Below are positions 26,582-36,639 of a stretch of 60,636 nt of DNA, piece after piece; positions within the stretch are counted from its first letter, which is position 1; each line of letters opens with the position of its first letter. The translations under genes were made by a program, and so were the position numbers. The notes under the pieces were generated by a model. That model made no database searches. It worked only from the letters and a program-made list of their open reading frames with translations, and was not told the DNA's origin. The stretch is from a virus. Lineage: Duplodnaviria > Caudoviricetes. The stretch is taken from positions 1-60,636 of IMG/VR virus record IMGVR_UViG_3300019768_000005; one strand, 5' to 3'.

Positions 26582-26788
26582 CTAAACAGGGCTTTTGTAA
26601 ACACGTTTTATTCTTTCAAGGCTGCTTTTTATCAATTTCATGCCACGTTTTAGAGATGTGTTGGTTTCTTTTAGGCTTTTAGAGCCTTCAATACCAGGTA
26701 TTGTAGTACCTATCCCGCGGTCTATAGCTTCGATGAAACAGTTTAATTTTTCTTCTATACGTGACACCCTGGATTTTAAATCCGTCAT
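26582..26788 (-). CDS. Small coiled-coil protein
   Basis: GAGGA RBS before MTDLKSRVSRIEEK. Confidence 0.55.
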   Translation of the reverse strand: MTDLKSRVSRIEEKLNCFIEAIDRGIGTTIPGIEGSKSLKETNTSLKRGMKLIKSSLERIKRVYKSPV

Positions 26789-26811
26789 AAGATACACTGT
26801 CCTCAAAATTA

Positions 26812-27381
26812 TTATTGCGTTTTATTAATATATTCTTCTATGTGCGTCAAGAGATGATCTTTCATTCGTCCAAAAACATCCCACCACTTTTTATCCCTTG
26901 GCAAAACAACAACTTTGGTTATTCTGTGCACAAACCGGCTCCATCCTATTTTGACCACAACATCATCATCATCTATAAATATAACAGTTTTATGGTTTTC
27001 TTTTGTATCTGTAAAGCCCATTGATGGGCAAAAAGCAACACAATATTCTGCGCATAAAAGTTCTTGCAAATAAATCCCAGTCGGGCCTGATTTTGAATGA
27101 CATGTTATTAATAATGGCATTCCTGGAGTCCGGATAAAAGTCTTTAATATCCTTTGTGCTGAAACATAAGACCCGTATTTAACACCATCTTTTTGCAAAA
27201 ACAGGAAGTTCCAAAACCAATCAATTATGCCGTTTGTGCCAGGTATTGCTAAAACTTGTAATGCCTCTTTATTATACTCCGTTTTATATACCGACCATTG
27301 CGTGCTACCGACTGAATTTGATGGGATTTTATAGGCTTTCTGCAAAAAGTCGACTGATATTTTGTATAATTCTTTATTCAT
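26812..27381 (-). CDS. Lipase class 3-like alpha/beta hydrolase
   Basis: IPGT...DW..N, nucleophile elbow TCHSKSG, DDDVV, C-terminal DH. Confidence 0.7.
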   Translation of the reverse strand: MNKELYKISVDFLQKAYKIPSNSVGSTQWSVYKTEYNKEALQVLAIPGTNGIIDWFWNFLFLQKDGVKYGSYVSAQRILKTFIRTPGMPLLITCHSKSGPTGIYLQELLCAEYCVAFCPSMGFTDTKENHKTVIFIDDDDVVVKIGWSRFVHRITKVVVLPRDKKWWDVFGRMKDHLLTHIEEYINKTQ

Positions 27382-27788
27382 AAGTCACCTGATAATAAAT
27401 AAGTTTTTTCTGCAATAAAACCACGTTTAGGACTCCACAATGAGAAGGGAGAGTTTCTGCAATCAATGTGCAGCCACGATATATCAACTTCAAGAAACGA
27501 AATATAAGGAAAGTCCTGTTTGTTGTTTATTATGTGCATCCTTATTTCCTCTGGATCATATTTGTCAGAATGAAGATCCAGAGCCCTCCCAAATTTATGC
27601 TGAGATGTTTTAGATCCGGTTGTTCTGAAACCACACTGCGTAAGCCCACGGCCGTTAACCCACAAAGGTCCAAATAAATATCTCAAATTATCCGCAGAAA
27701 TCAAGATACGGTCATCAAAATATTTCCAGCCTTTGGGGAAGTTTTTTGGGAAGCATTCATTTAAATTAAAATATTTAGGTTTATACAT
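27378..27788 (-). CDS. Endolysin, peptidase M15 family
   Basis: GFR, SQHKFGRALD and WLHID zinc-peptidase motifs. Confidence 0.85.
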   Translation of the reverse strand: MYKPKYFNLNECFPKNFPKGWKYFDDRILISADNLRYLFGPLWVNGRGLTQCGFRTTGSKTSQHKFGRALDLHSDKYDPEEIRMHIINNKQDFPYISFLEVDISWLHIDCRNSPFSLWSPKRGFIAEKTYLLSGDL

Positions 27789-27796
27789 ATCAATGT

Positions 27797-27991
27797 TTAA
27801 ACCTCGTCACACATGCTTTTTTGATACTCAGCTAAATCTTCTTGCCACTGGTCAGGTAAAGCCCATGTTTCAATGTAGAAATCTATCTTTTCTGGATCTT
27901 CAAATACTGTCCTTACAATATCACCATTCATGATAAACCATCCAGGAACTGGGAGTTTAAGCATAACTAACTCAGATTTTTTTGCTTCCAT
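27797..27991 (-). CDS. Hypothetical protein
   Basis: ORF in late operon. Confidence 0.45.
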   Translation of the reverse strand: MEAKKSELVMLKLPVPGWFIMNGDIVRTVFEDPEKIDFYIETWALPDQWQEDLAEYQKSMCDEV

Positions 27992-28095
27992 TTTACCTGC
28001 GCAATTATCCTATTTTTAAACAATTCAATAGCTTTTTCTTTTAACCAATCTGGCGTCTTTCTGTTGCGCTTCCTTCTGTCTTTTTTGCATTCCAT

Positions 28096-28521
28096 CTATC
28101 CCGGCCAGCCGGTTGAAATATCTGTGTTAATATCTACCTTCAGCGCTTCGATTAATTCCATTTCCCTGGTATGGCAGGCCTGGACGTGATTAAAAAGGGC
28201 TGTGCCGATTGATGTCATCGTCGCTGCATCCAACTGCACATACCCATCGCTGGTTTTGAAATTAATTATCGCTCCGGGGTTCTGCGTTACCCCCATGACT
28301 GCCCCGTCAATTTTCCGCTGGTCTTCCTTGTCTGTGCCTATAAATGTGCCGTCCTGGAGAGTGAATCCCCCGAACTCTTTTTGCTCTCTATATGCTTTGA
28401 GCGCTTGTTTTTTTCTCTCCAGCTCACCAGATAACCATTTTAATTCTTTTGCAATAGCAATCGACTCTTCCTCTATAGTAAAAGGAATCTGTCCATTCTT
28501 TGTCGCTTTACATCTTGTCAT
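28096..28521 (-). CDS. Tail fibre assembly-like protein (DUF4376-type)
   Basis: R...E.GGF..TD..DQ..I..HVQACH, C-terminal GWP; follows the fibre gene. Confidence 0.65.
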   Translation of the reverse strand: MTRCKATKNGQIPFTIEEESIAIAKELKWLSGELERKKQALKAYREQKEFGGFTLQDGTFIGTDKEDQRKIDGAVMGVTQNPGAIINFKTSDGYVQLDAATMTSIGTALFNHVQACHTREMELIEALKVDINTDISTGWPG

Positions 28522-29600
28522 TTTACACCATAAAGTTTAAAAGTCCCAGAAATAGTCCCAGAATCAGGCTCTATTTTTAATGCCGTAATGGGTGTGGTGC
28601 TATCCCATTTCGCGACCCCGTTGTACCCACTAACAGTTGTACTTGATGCTGAGTTTGAAACACTTAATTGTGATTGTATAAATGATCTATATGAACTCGC
28701 AGGTTCACCTATACTTATAGATATTCTTGCTCCCGTCCCGGTTCCGCCAACAAGACCCAGCAACAACCTGCTATCAGATTCATCGTTAGTTATAGTCAAC
28801 GTCGTACTATTACTGGCCTGCTTTGCTAATGTTGTTCTATAATTTGACGATTGGTAGGTTGGCCCCGTGCCTGTGCCAACAGTTAAGCCCACAGGGTTGC
28901 TGTTCAAGCTGGTATGAAAATTGTCAGACTCTATAATATATTTATCATAAGTACCGTCTATATCATCTTCAAAAACCACCGCACTCGCTGCTGTTGCCGT
29001 GACAGAGTAAAGCAAAGTCCTGTACTCACTCCCGCCAGTATCTCCCTTTGCACCCTGGCTACCGGATAGAGAAATACCCCAATCTGCAAATGTGCCAGAC
29101 CCGCCCGTATTAGTAACATTTACAATCAGCGTGGTGCCGGAATAGCTGGTCACCGCCCCGTGCATATAATTATCCGAATCGGCGTCGCTGATGATGGAAA
29201 CGAATTGGCCGGCAGCAAATTGTTTCCCTGTTTGAACAGTAAATGTCTTTGATCCTGTTCCAATTGTCACACTGGTGGTGCTTGTCGCGATAATCGCATT
29301 TGCATAGCTCGCCGCTATAGCCGCGTCATCCTCTGCTGAGCTTGCCGAACTTGCCGCATTGCTTGCGCTTTGATTTACCTCTGATGCAACCGTATTCATT
29401 TCTGTGGCTACATCGTTTATATTGCCAGCGACTGCATTGATTTGCGTTCTAACTGTATTAATCTCTGTCGCGTTGTCGTCCATCTCATCCATGCGCGTTT
29501 GAACGTCTGAATTAAAAGATGCCGTCCCTCGTACAGGTGTTGTCGTGTACCCTGTGACAGACTGGTCAACTGTACCAACTTCGGTTGTGATCGTTGTCAT
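28518..29600 (-). CDS. Tail fibre/receptor-binding protein
   Basis: Ser/Ala coiled stalk, SVTIGTGSKTF motif, GxxGxxG, C-terminal GTFKLYG. Confidence 0.75.
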   Translation of the reverse strand: MTTITTEVGTVDQSVTGYTTTPVRGTASFNSDVQTRMDEMDDNATEINTVRTQINAVAGNINDVATEMNTVASEVNQSASNAASSASSAEDDAAIAASYANAIIATSTTSVTIGTGSKTFTVQTGKQFAAGQFVSIISDADSDNYMHGAVTSYSGTTLIVNVTNTGGSGTFADWGISLSGSQGAKGDTGGSEYRTLLYSVTATAASAVVFEDDIDGTYDKYIIESDNFHTSLNSNPVGLTVGTGTGPTYQSSNYRTTLAKQASNSTTLTITNDESDSRLLLGLVGGTGTGARISISIGEPASSYRSFIQSQLSVSNSASSTTVSGYNGVAKWDSTTPITALKIEPDSGTISGTFKLYGVK

Positions 29601-30511
29601 TAAATCATACCCCTCATTGCGAATGATATTCTACTATATTTTATGGATGGGATTGATATCCTGACTTTAGACGGAAAACCGTAAAAAATAAAAGACTCAT
29701 AATTTAACCCATCGTTATTAAAATCATAAATAGCAACTTTACCCCTGTTATTTATCAAAGTTCTCCTTGCTGCGTCTAATATTTCATTCCCTACCCAAAC
29801 TTTTAAACTCCCTACGTCAGAATAGTTGCCAGGGATCATTTTAACCGCCCCTGTTGTTTCGCTTTCGTATTTATACGAATAATCATTAAATCCTATTTCC
29901 GGGTCATATGTGGTTCCTCCGATCTCGTATGCATGTCCAATTGCAAGGACTCCACAGGCCGTGTCAGACAACGAATTAACAAATGTAACGGACAATCTCG
30001 CAGTAGAAGACACGAGATATGGAAATTCCCAAACTGCCCTTTTTTTATATACAGCCGGGCTAAAAAACCACTCATCGTAATCGGTAGGGGCTGAAGAGTC
30101 CATATCTATTGTTTCGGTTGCTTGCGTAATGCCATCTTCAATCAATGAGAATGTAATCTCGGTCGCATCGCAATTGAAAATCCCTACATAATCGCTTTCA
30201 TTTGCATCCACAGCAACTGTAAATGACGTTGTGTTAGTTGTTTGAGTGTTCATATATTCGTCAAACATCAGCCACCTATCGGTTGCCCCAAGGTCTGTCC
30301 ATTTTGTAATGTCTGTACCTGGAGTCGCTGTATTTGAATCTGCTATAGATTGATATACTTTGTGTGGCGTCGACCCTGTATAATAAACAACATCCCCATT
30401 CGCATATGTCCCGGCCGACCATTCTCCGTTTGCTGTTGCAGATCCTCCATATTGATCTTCCGGAATGGTGGACGAAGTCAGATCGATATCTTTCAGAGTA
30501 ACTATTTTCAT
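29600..30511 (-). CDS. Tail tip/distal tail protein with carbohydrate-binding-like insert
   Basis: WSAGTYANGDVV..YQS, W..LGAT.RW.MFD; follows the tape measure gene. Confidence 0.65.
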   Translation of the reverse strand: MKIVTLKDIDLTSSTIPEDQYGGSATANGEWSAGTYANGDVVYYTGSTPHKVYQSIADSNTATPGTDITKWTDLGATDRWLMFDEYMNTQTTNTTSFTVAVDANESDYVGIFNCDATEITFSLIEDGITQATETIDMDSSAPTDYDEWFFSPAVYKKRAVWEFPYLVSSTARLSVTFVNSLSDTACGVLAIGHAYEIGGTTYDPEIGFNDYSYKYESETTGAVKMIPGNYSDVGSLKVWVGNEILDAARRTLINNRGKVAIYDFNNDGLNYESFIFYGFPSKVRISIPSIKYSRISFAMRGMI

Positions 30512-33500
30512 GCGGCCTCGGTTTTGAATGGTAAGTTGCCCATGGTGTTTCGATCAAAAATATCTAATAGGTCTTCCATGGATTCTTTCTTGTCACCGGA
30601 CAAATTAAGCATTGTCCAAAGCACTTCATATATTTTGTCAAGTCTGTTTTTCACACCTTGCATTTGACTATCCGGTGTTACATGCTCAGCTTGTCCTCCT
30701 TCGCCAATTAAAGAAAAAGTTGGTTTATATACTGTCCCGCCATCTGCAAAAGCTGGTATTTCACCGGAAGCAAGAGCAGCATTTAAAAAAGCCTCTTCAA
30801 AATTGCTTAAATCAACGGAGTCGGTTGGATCAATAAGCGAATTAACCCAATAATCAATTCCTGCGGGCTTACCGGCTCTACCCAGTTTTGACCAAAACAT
30901 ATTTTTAACTATTGATTCATAATCTATCCCGCTACCCACAATAGATAATTCGCCTTGCTCCACGGCAGCATTTCTAAACGCTTCCTTAAAATTGCTTAAA
31001 TCAACAGGGTCTGAATCGTCCATCAAAGAATTAACCCAATAGTCAATTCCTGCGGGCTTACCGGCGCGTCCAAGCTCTGACATAAACGTCTGCTTTACAA
31101 GTGTTTCGTAAGAGCTTCTGACAGTATCATCAAGGGTTTTCGTTGAATCTCCTTGGGTTGCTGTGTTGTAATCACTCGTAGCGGTCTCTAAAGTTTTTTG
31201 AGCATCAATGTATTGCTGTTTTGCTTGCTCAAGACTCATTGTTAACAAATTATTCGTCCCGGAAATTTCTTCCAGGATGGCACCCAAAGAATCGATTTGC
31301 GTTTGATAATAAACTTGACTTTCTTCTAAGATTGCATTTTGCGCATACAATCCGTATACTGTATCTTCCGTTTTATCGATCTGGACATTTGCAATGTTTT
31401 GTGATGTGTTTAAAATTTCTTGAACGTAACCGAGCGCTTTGATTTGATCAAGCTCATTGACGTTCATTTTTTGCGATAGATCTAAATATTCCTTGCTTAC
31501 CGTCGGCAGGTTTGCAAGGGCGCTTTGAACTTCACTTTGATCGGTCGAATAAAGGCCCTGTACCGTTGCGTCAAGTAAGCTCTTTGCGTATGATAGTTGA
31601 TATTCTGGGGATGCAGATCCACTTGATAACACAAGATCTGATTGAAAACCCGCAATTTCATCTTTCAGCGTTTTAAAAGAGTCTAATAGATCTTCGTTCT
31701 CACTTATCAGGTCCCCTTTCGCGTCAATCTCTTCCTGTATTTGATCATAAATAGTCTCATATTGATCTATCTCTGCATTCAAAGCATCTGTGTATACATC
31801 TTTAGCCTCGGAAAGCGAATTGGTGGCATCATTTAATGATTCTGATAACTCGGAATTTGCGAGTAGCTCTAACTGATATTTATAGGCTTTATTAAGATCA
31901 TCAAGTGGAATCCCTAAATCCTTAGCGCTGCGAACCTGCTCTTTATACCATGTGTCCAGATCTCTTAACCCTTGAGCATATTCTGACATAGTAGTTCCAA
32001 CTAAGATGTCATCAATGTCGCTACGGAAGTTTTCCTTCAAAACCTCTATTTGATAACTGTAAGCCTCGTTTAGCTTCTCAAGGGATACGCCAAGATCATC
32101 CGCTGTTGATTTTTGTTCTTCGTACCACTCGCTTAATGATTTTAGATCTTTCCCGTATTCGGATAATGCACCCTCTGTTAAAATATCGCTGATAGTTGAG
32201 TTAAATGATTCAACTTCTTCCAGATATTTGTAATATTCGGTTGCTCCGCTTGATAAAGACATCAATATTGTAAATAACCGCTTGCCACTATCGGTTGTAA
32301 CATCTAACCCTTCAACCAGTTCCCGAAGAGCTTCTTTCGTTTTTGGGAATCCAACACTCGAATCAACGGATTGAATAGACTTCGTAGCATTATCAAAAAA
32401 TGATGATTGCTGTTCGAATGTGAAATAAAATGCTTCATAAAATGATTCTACGCTCTTCTGAAAAGCCTCAAGATCACCACTTAAATCTGCAATGTCTTGG
32501 CTTAAATCTATGGCCTCTGTTGCGGTTACACTAAAAGACACCCCGAGCTTATCAAAGGCATTTTCAATGATTGCTTTTGTTGAAACAAGCCGTATGGCCG
32601 CTTCATACATTCCTTCGTCAATTTCTTGGTATGGCTTTACAACATCGTAAAATAAATCCTCAGTCATGGTATCTGCGACTTCGGAAAAAACGTTGTTCAA
32701 TGCCTCTTCAATTTCTTTCCCCTCAAGATCCATTAGATTTATTTTACCAAGGTCAAAAACATATTGTTCTGCTGCGTCAACAGTATATCCAAGAGATTCA
32801 GCAAGATTGATTGAAATATCAGAAAAGGAATCTAAAACACTTTGAAAGTATTTTGATATGTCATCATCTACTGCTTGTAACTTTGTCTCAGTCCATGATT
32901 TATCGGAATGGAACCAGCCACCTTCTTCTTCCACTTTGACATCTTGATATGATTGTACGAGCAAATCTTGGCCAATTGTATATGGATCAATTTTAAAGCC
33001 AGATCCGATTAGTTTTTTACTTTGTCCACCTCCAAATATATTGCCTGCCAAACCACCCAATAGATCATTCGCAAAACCACCAAGCATTCCACCAATCCCA
33101 TCTAAAAGAATCATGGAATAGTTTTGAATAAACTTATCTATTTTTTCATCTTCAAACACAGATTCAGCGCCACCAGCGAAGAATCCCTCTGAGATCCCAA
33201 AATACTGGGCGGAAAAATCACCATAGCTCCTAACTACACTCGACGCTAACGCAGTGATATTTTTATTAAGATCGTTCATCTCGTAATAAATATCAACAAG
33301 AGTTGAGTATTGTTCGGCCTCAATATCCTGCAAAAACTCCATTGAATTGGATACAGATTCGCTCATTGCTGATTCATCGCCCAATACAGTTCCAGTGCCG
33401 CTTACAAGGCCTACTCTTTGAGGTTCACCCCCACCTCCACCCCCACCACCACTACTAAAATCAATATTGGCAATAGAAAGTACTCCGGATATAACCGCAG

Positions 33501-35835
33501 TCATCGCAGCTATACGGGCAAAAGCAGTATAAGGGTCACCTGTCCCCTGCTGTGCGACAGCACCAACTGCAATCATCAAATTCTTTTGGACCAGCATCCC
33601 CATTTCTACAGCGTATGCTGCCTTTGATGCAGCCGAAGCTATTTCCTGCTGCTTTGATCCCTCTTCATAAAGTGATGCGATGGATGATAAATTTGATGAG
33701 ATTTGGGAAAATGATTCTTCTCTATTCTCCATTTCTTTCATGGCCGTTTCTTCATTTAAGGACTGGATCTCTTTGTTCTTCCACTCCTCTGCTAAGACCA
33801 TGTCCCCTCCGAGTTCTTCATATTTCGCTACATATTTTTCTAATTCTAAAAGTTGCTTTTCGTATGGAGACTCTATTAAATCTACTTCCATTTGTTCGCG
33901 CATAGTTTTTTCTTTTTCAGCCCTACGTTCTTCTTGTCTCCTTGCTTTTTCTTCTTCGGATATTTTTTTATCTTGAATCTTTAGCCACTCATAAAAAAAC
34001 CAGTCTTCGAGTTCGAGTTGAGATATCAATCCTTGTTCTACAAGTTTTTCGCGCTCATCATAAGATGCATCAAGCGCCTTTTCCTGATAATCAGCGCTTG
34101 AAAGCGTGGCTTTGTCGTAGTCTGCGTAGAATGATTCTATTTCAGATATCTGTTTTTTATAATCAAACGTATCAATCCCAGTAAATGATTCAGTTAATTC
34201 TTTGTTTGCTTTTATTGCCGGCACTACACCAGTTTTTATATATTTGTCATATCCTTCTGTTTGCTCGTTAATTGACTTCGTAACAGATTGAGTGCCAAAG
34301 TTTACTGCGTCAAACTGCATAATCAACAACTTAAGCTCATTTGTGCTTGATGTTATATATGTCCCCCATGATATATACCCCTGTGTTGCAAGGGCTAATG
34401 CCTGGGAGTTTATGGCAATGTTTTTTGTTGTATCACCGAATATTTTACCTAAAAACTTAACTGACTTTGCCATTTCGCCAATATATGACGGTAAATCGTT
34501 CCTTATAAATTCTTTGTTCTCAGTTGTCCATGTTCTAAAATCGTTTATTATATCAATAACAGCAGGAGCAAGGCCTGAGCCTATACTTGCTGCTATTTCA
34601 TCAACAGCATTCCAGGCAAATGTTATTTGAGACTTAAAACTTTCTGTTGCTTTTATTGATTCTTCCATTAACGCCGTAGAATTTTCAACTTCTGAGTTAG
34701 CTAATTCAAAAGCTTTTTCTAATTCTTCAACATTAGAAACAAGAGGTGTTAGTCCCTTAATTTGTTCTACTCCTGTCATGCCAAACTTTTCAAGCAGAGT
34801 TATGGCAGATTCTCCAGAATCAACCATCTTGCTCATGCCTTTTATCCATGCGTTAAAAACAACAGAAGAGTCAGTTTTAAAAGTTTTCTTAATTTGTTCG
34901 CCGGTCATGCCTGTTGTTTCCTGCAAATACTCAAACTTTTCACCACCGGATATAATAGATTTCTCTATTTCTACCATAGACCTACCTATTGCAGATCCTG
35001 ATAGCTCAGCTTGTGCCCCCATCGATTTTAAAGCTGCACCATATGCTGTAGACGCAGCGGCAGAGACTTCAAACGCAGATACGCTTCTTGAAATTTCTGA
35101 CGCCATTTGAACTATTTCTGATTCAGATGCTGCCATATTGTTACCCAATGCAACAATTACAGAACCGAGTTCGTCAACGCTATCAACAGTTTCGCCGGAA
35201 ACGTTTATAATTCTGGCAAGTGCTTTTGCCCCATCTTCTCCGACTAAATCAGTAGTCAATTGCAATCTTGCAACGGTATCTGTAAAAAGAGTGATATTAT
35301 CGACTCCCTTAACTCCAAGCTGGCCTGCTGCCGCTGCAATTTCAAGCAAAGAGTCCCTCGCTACAGGGATTTTGTTTGCCATGTCAAGCAAATTATTTTT
35401 AAGGGAAATCATTTCTGAATCAGTGGCGTTTGTTGTTTTCTGAATACCGATTAACCCAGAATCCAAATCTGAAAATTCTGACAATGATTTTGCTGAAATT
35501 GCAGCGACAGACGCCATTGCAGCACCTAATGCTACGATACTGCTTGTACTTAATTGGACCGAGGGCGCAAGCGTTTTTAGGGCTCCACCGTAATCCCCTA
35601 TGCTCGCTTTAAGCTTAACTGTTTCAAGCCTGGTAAGATTTATTGACTTGTTAAGGTTATCAAAAGACTTTTTAGCCTTTTCAGCCTTAAGTCCTTTATC
35701 CATTCTGGCTTCAAGCCGCTCGAACTCCTTTTCGTTTTTTACGGCCTGAGACCCAAGGGCGGCAAGGTCTTTTTTTAACTGACGTGACGAACGCTCAGAA
35801 TCACCAGTATCAAGTACTATTTTTAAACCGGGCAT
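30508..35835 (-). CDS. Tail tape measure protein (TP901-type core)
   Basis: 1775 aa; AAAAGQLGV..LGNNMAASESEI core; FADGG..GEGG..E motif at C-terminus. Confidence 0.92.
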   Translation of the reverse strand: MPGLKIVLDTGDSERSSRQLKKDLAALGSQAVKNEKEFERLEARMDKGLKAEKAKKSFDNLNKSINLTRLETVKLKASIGDYGGALKTLAPSVQLSTSSIVALGAAMASVAAISAKSLSEFSDLDSGLIGIQKTTNATDSEMISLKNNLLDMANKIPVARDSLLEIAAAAGQLGVKGVDNITLFTDTVARLQLTTDLVGEDGAKALARIINVSGETVDSVDELGSVIVALGNNMAASESEIVQMASEISRSVSAFEVSAAASTAYGAALKSMGAQAELSGSAIGRSMVEIEKSIISGGEKFEYLQETTGMTGEQIKKTFKTDSSVVFNAWIKGMSKMVDSGESAITLLEKFGMTGVEQIKGLTPLVSNVEELEKAFELANSEVENSTALMEESIKATESFKSQITFAWNAVDEIAASIGSGLAPAVIDIINDFRTWTTENKEFIRNDLPSYIGEMAKSVKFLGKIFGDTTKNIAINSQALALATQGYISWGTYITSSTNELKLLIMQFDAVNFGTQSVTKSINEQTEGYDKYIKTGVVPAIKANKELTESFTGIDTFDYKKQISEIESFYADYDKATLSSADYQEKALDASYDEREKLVEQGLISQLELEDWFFYEWLKIQDKKISEEEKARRQEERRAEKEKTMREQMEVDLIESPYEKQLLELEKYVAKYEELGGDMVLAEEWKNKEIQSLNEETAMKEMENREESFSQISSNLSSIASLYEEGSKQQEIASAASKAAYAVEMGMLVQKNLMIAVGAVAQQGTGDPYTAFARIAAMTAVISGVLSIANIDFSSGGGGGGGGEPQRVGLVSGTGTVLGDESAMSESVSNSMEFLQDIEAEQYSTLVDIYYEMNDLNKNITALASSVVRSYGDFSAQYFGISEGFFAGGAESVFEDEKIDKFIQNYSMILLDGIGGMLGGFANDLLGGLAGNIFGGGQSKKLIGSGFKIDPYTIGQDLLVQSYQDVKVEEEGGWFHSDKSWTETKLQAVDDDISKYFQSVLDSFSDISINLAESLGYTVDAAEQYVFDLGKINLMDLEGKEIEEALNNVFSEVADTMTEDLFYDVVKPYQEIDEGMYEAAIRLVSTKAIIENAFDKLGVSFSVTATEAIDLSQDIADLSGDLEAFQKSVESFYEAFYFTFEQQSSFFDNATKSIQSVDSSVGFPKTKEALRELVEGLDVTTDSGKRLFTILMSLSSGATEYYKYLEEVESFNSTISDILTEGALSEYGKDLKSLSEWYEEQKSTADDLGVSLEKLNEAYSYQIEVLKENFRSDIDDILVGTTMSEYAQGLRDLDTWYKEQVRSAKDLGIPLDDLNKAYKYQLELLANSELSESLNDATNSLSEAKDVYTDALNAEIDQYETIYDQIQEEIDAKGDLISENEDLLDSFKTLKDEIAGFQSDLVLSSGSASPEYQLSYAKSLLDATVQGLYSTDQSEVQSALANLPTVSKEYLDLSQKMNVNELDQIKALGYVQEILNTSQNIANVQIDKTEDTVYGLYAQNAILEESQVYYQTQIDSLGAILEEISGTNNLLTMSLEQAKQQYIDAQKTLETATSDYNTATQGDSTKTLDDTVRSSYETLVKQTFMSELGRAGKPAGIDYWVNSLMDDSDPVDLSNFKEAFRNAAVEQGELSIVGSGIDYESIVKNMFWSKLGRAGKPAGIDYWVNSLIDPTDSVDLSNFEEAFLNAALASGEIPAFADGGTVYKPTFSLIGEGGQAEHVTPDSQMQGVKNRLDKIYEVLWTMLNLSGDKKESMEDLLDIFDRNTMGNLPFKTEAA
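30780..31110 (-). repeat. Two ~55-aa DUF4214-like repeats in the tape measure C-terminus
   Basis: YE..VK..F.S.LGRAGKPAGIDYWVNSL.D..D.VDLSNF..AF twice. Confidence 0.65.
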
Positions 35836-36170
35836 TATTTTTTTTGCGCCTCCATGATCATTGGATATGCTACATCTTCGATCATTAAAACCTTCTCAAA
35901 ATCATCGAGATACGCCCCAGATATCTCGCACAGCGACCGAACTTCTGATACTTTTAATCTTTGATGCACAACCGACATACCTACTGACAACTCTCTATGC
36001 CGGTTGCACCTCTGCCAAATAGATAAAGCTAATCTATTCTTGTTATTTAAATCGCTGGGTTTCCCGCAAGCTTCGCAATCCGGCTCCAATCCATCTATTT
36101 CATGAGCCGACCAGCAATCGTCACAGTCGGCTTTATGAGGATTAAATTCCCAGGAAACCCAGTCAGTTAG
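35835..36170 (-). CDS. Tail assembly chaperone frameshift extension (gpT-like)
   Basis: -1 frame open from the slippery site (LTDWVSWEF...LEPDCEACG) to the tape measure start. Confidence 0.75.
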   Translation of the reverse strand, partial: LTDWVSWEFNPHKADCDDCWSAHEIDGLEPDCEACGKPSDLNNKNRLALSIWQRCNRHRELSVGMSVVHQRLKVSEVRSLCEISGAYLDDFEKVLMIEDVAYPMIMEAQKK

Positions 36171-36544
36171 TTTTTTACGGTCTTGACTTCTTCCTCTTCC
36201 CTTGCGTTACCGATATTTTCGATTTCTTCCAGGATGTACGTGCAAATATCCTCGTTCTCCTTCATATTCGCAAGGGCGCGTTTGTTCTCGCTGTTACACT
36301 CTGGATTACCGGCAATACCTTTCCATGACTTTACCTGGATGTCAATCTTATCTACCATCAACTCCAAAAAATCAATTACCTCGGCATATTCAGCTTTTGA
36401 TCCTTTATTTTTTTTGACTTTTTTGGAATGGGTGTGCTTTTCAATTAGGTCTCTGAGCTGTTCTTTTGTCATAGGTACAACTTCAAACTTTGCGCCCATG
36501 TACTCAATTTCGTGTTTGATTTCTTTTGTGACCAACTTTAACAT
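36167..36544 (-). CDS. Tail assembly chaperone (gpG-like)
   Basis: Between tail tube and tape measure; ends GTA AAA AAC TAA. Confidence 0.8.
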   Translation of the reverse strand: MLKLVTKEIKHEIEYMGAKFEVVPMTKEQLRDLIEKHTHSKKVKKNKGSKAEYAEVIDFLELMVDKIDIQVKSWKGIAGNPECNSENKRALANMKENEDICTYILEEIENIGNAREEEEVKTVKN

Positions 36545-36639
36545 GTTTTCATCCCCGTATTATTTATTCCCCGGTTAAAAATGACGGAAATGGGCCGGGG
36601 AAACCCAAGTTCGGCTTGTGCCTATCCGTCAATAAAAAA

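Noticed and set aside
30780-31110. DGR template/variable repeat pair
   Set aside because: Both copies are in-frame coding repeats, differences are not adenine-specific, and no reverse transcriptase is present.
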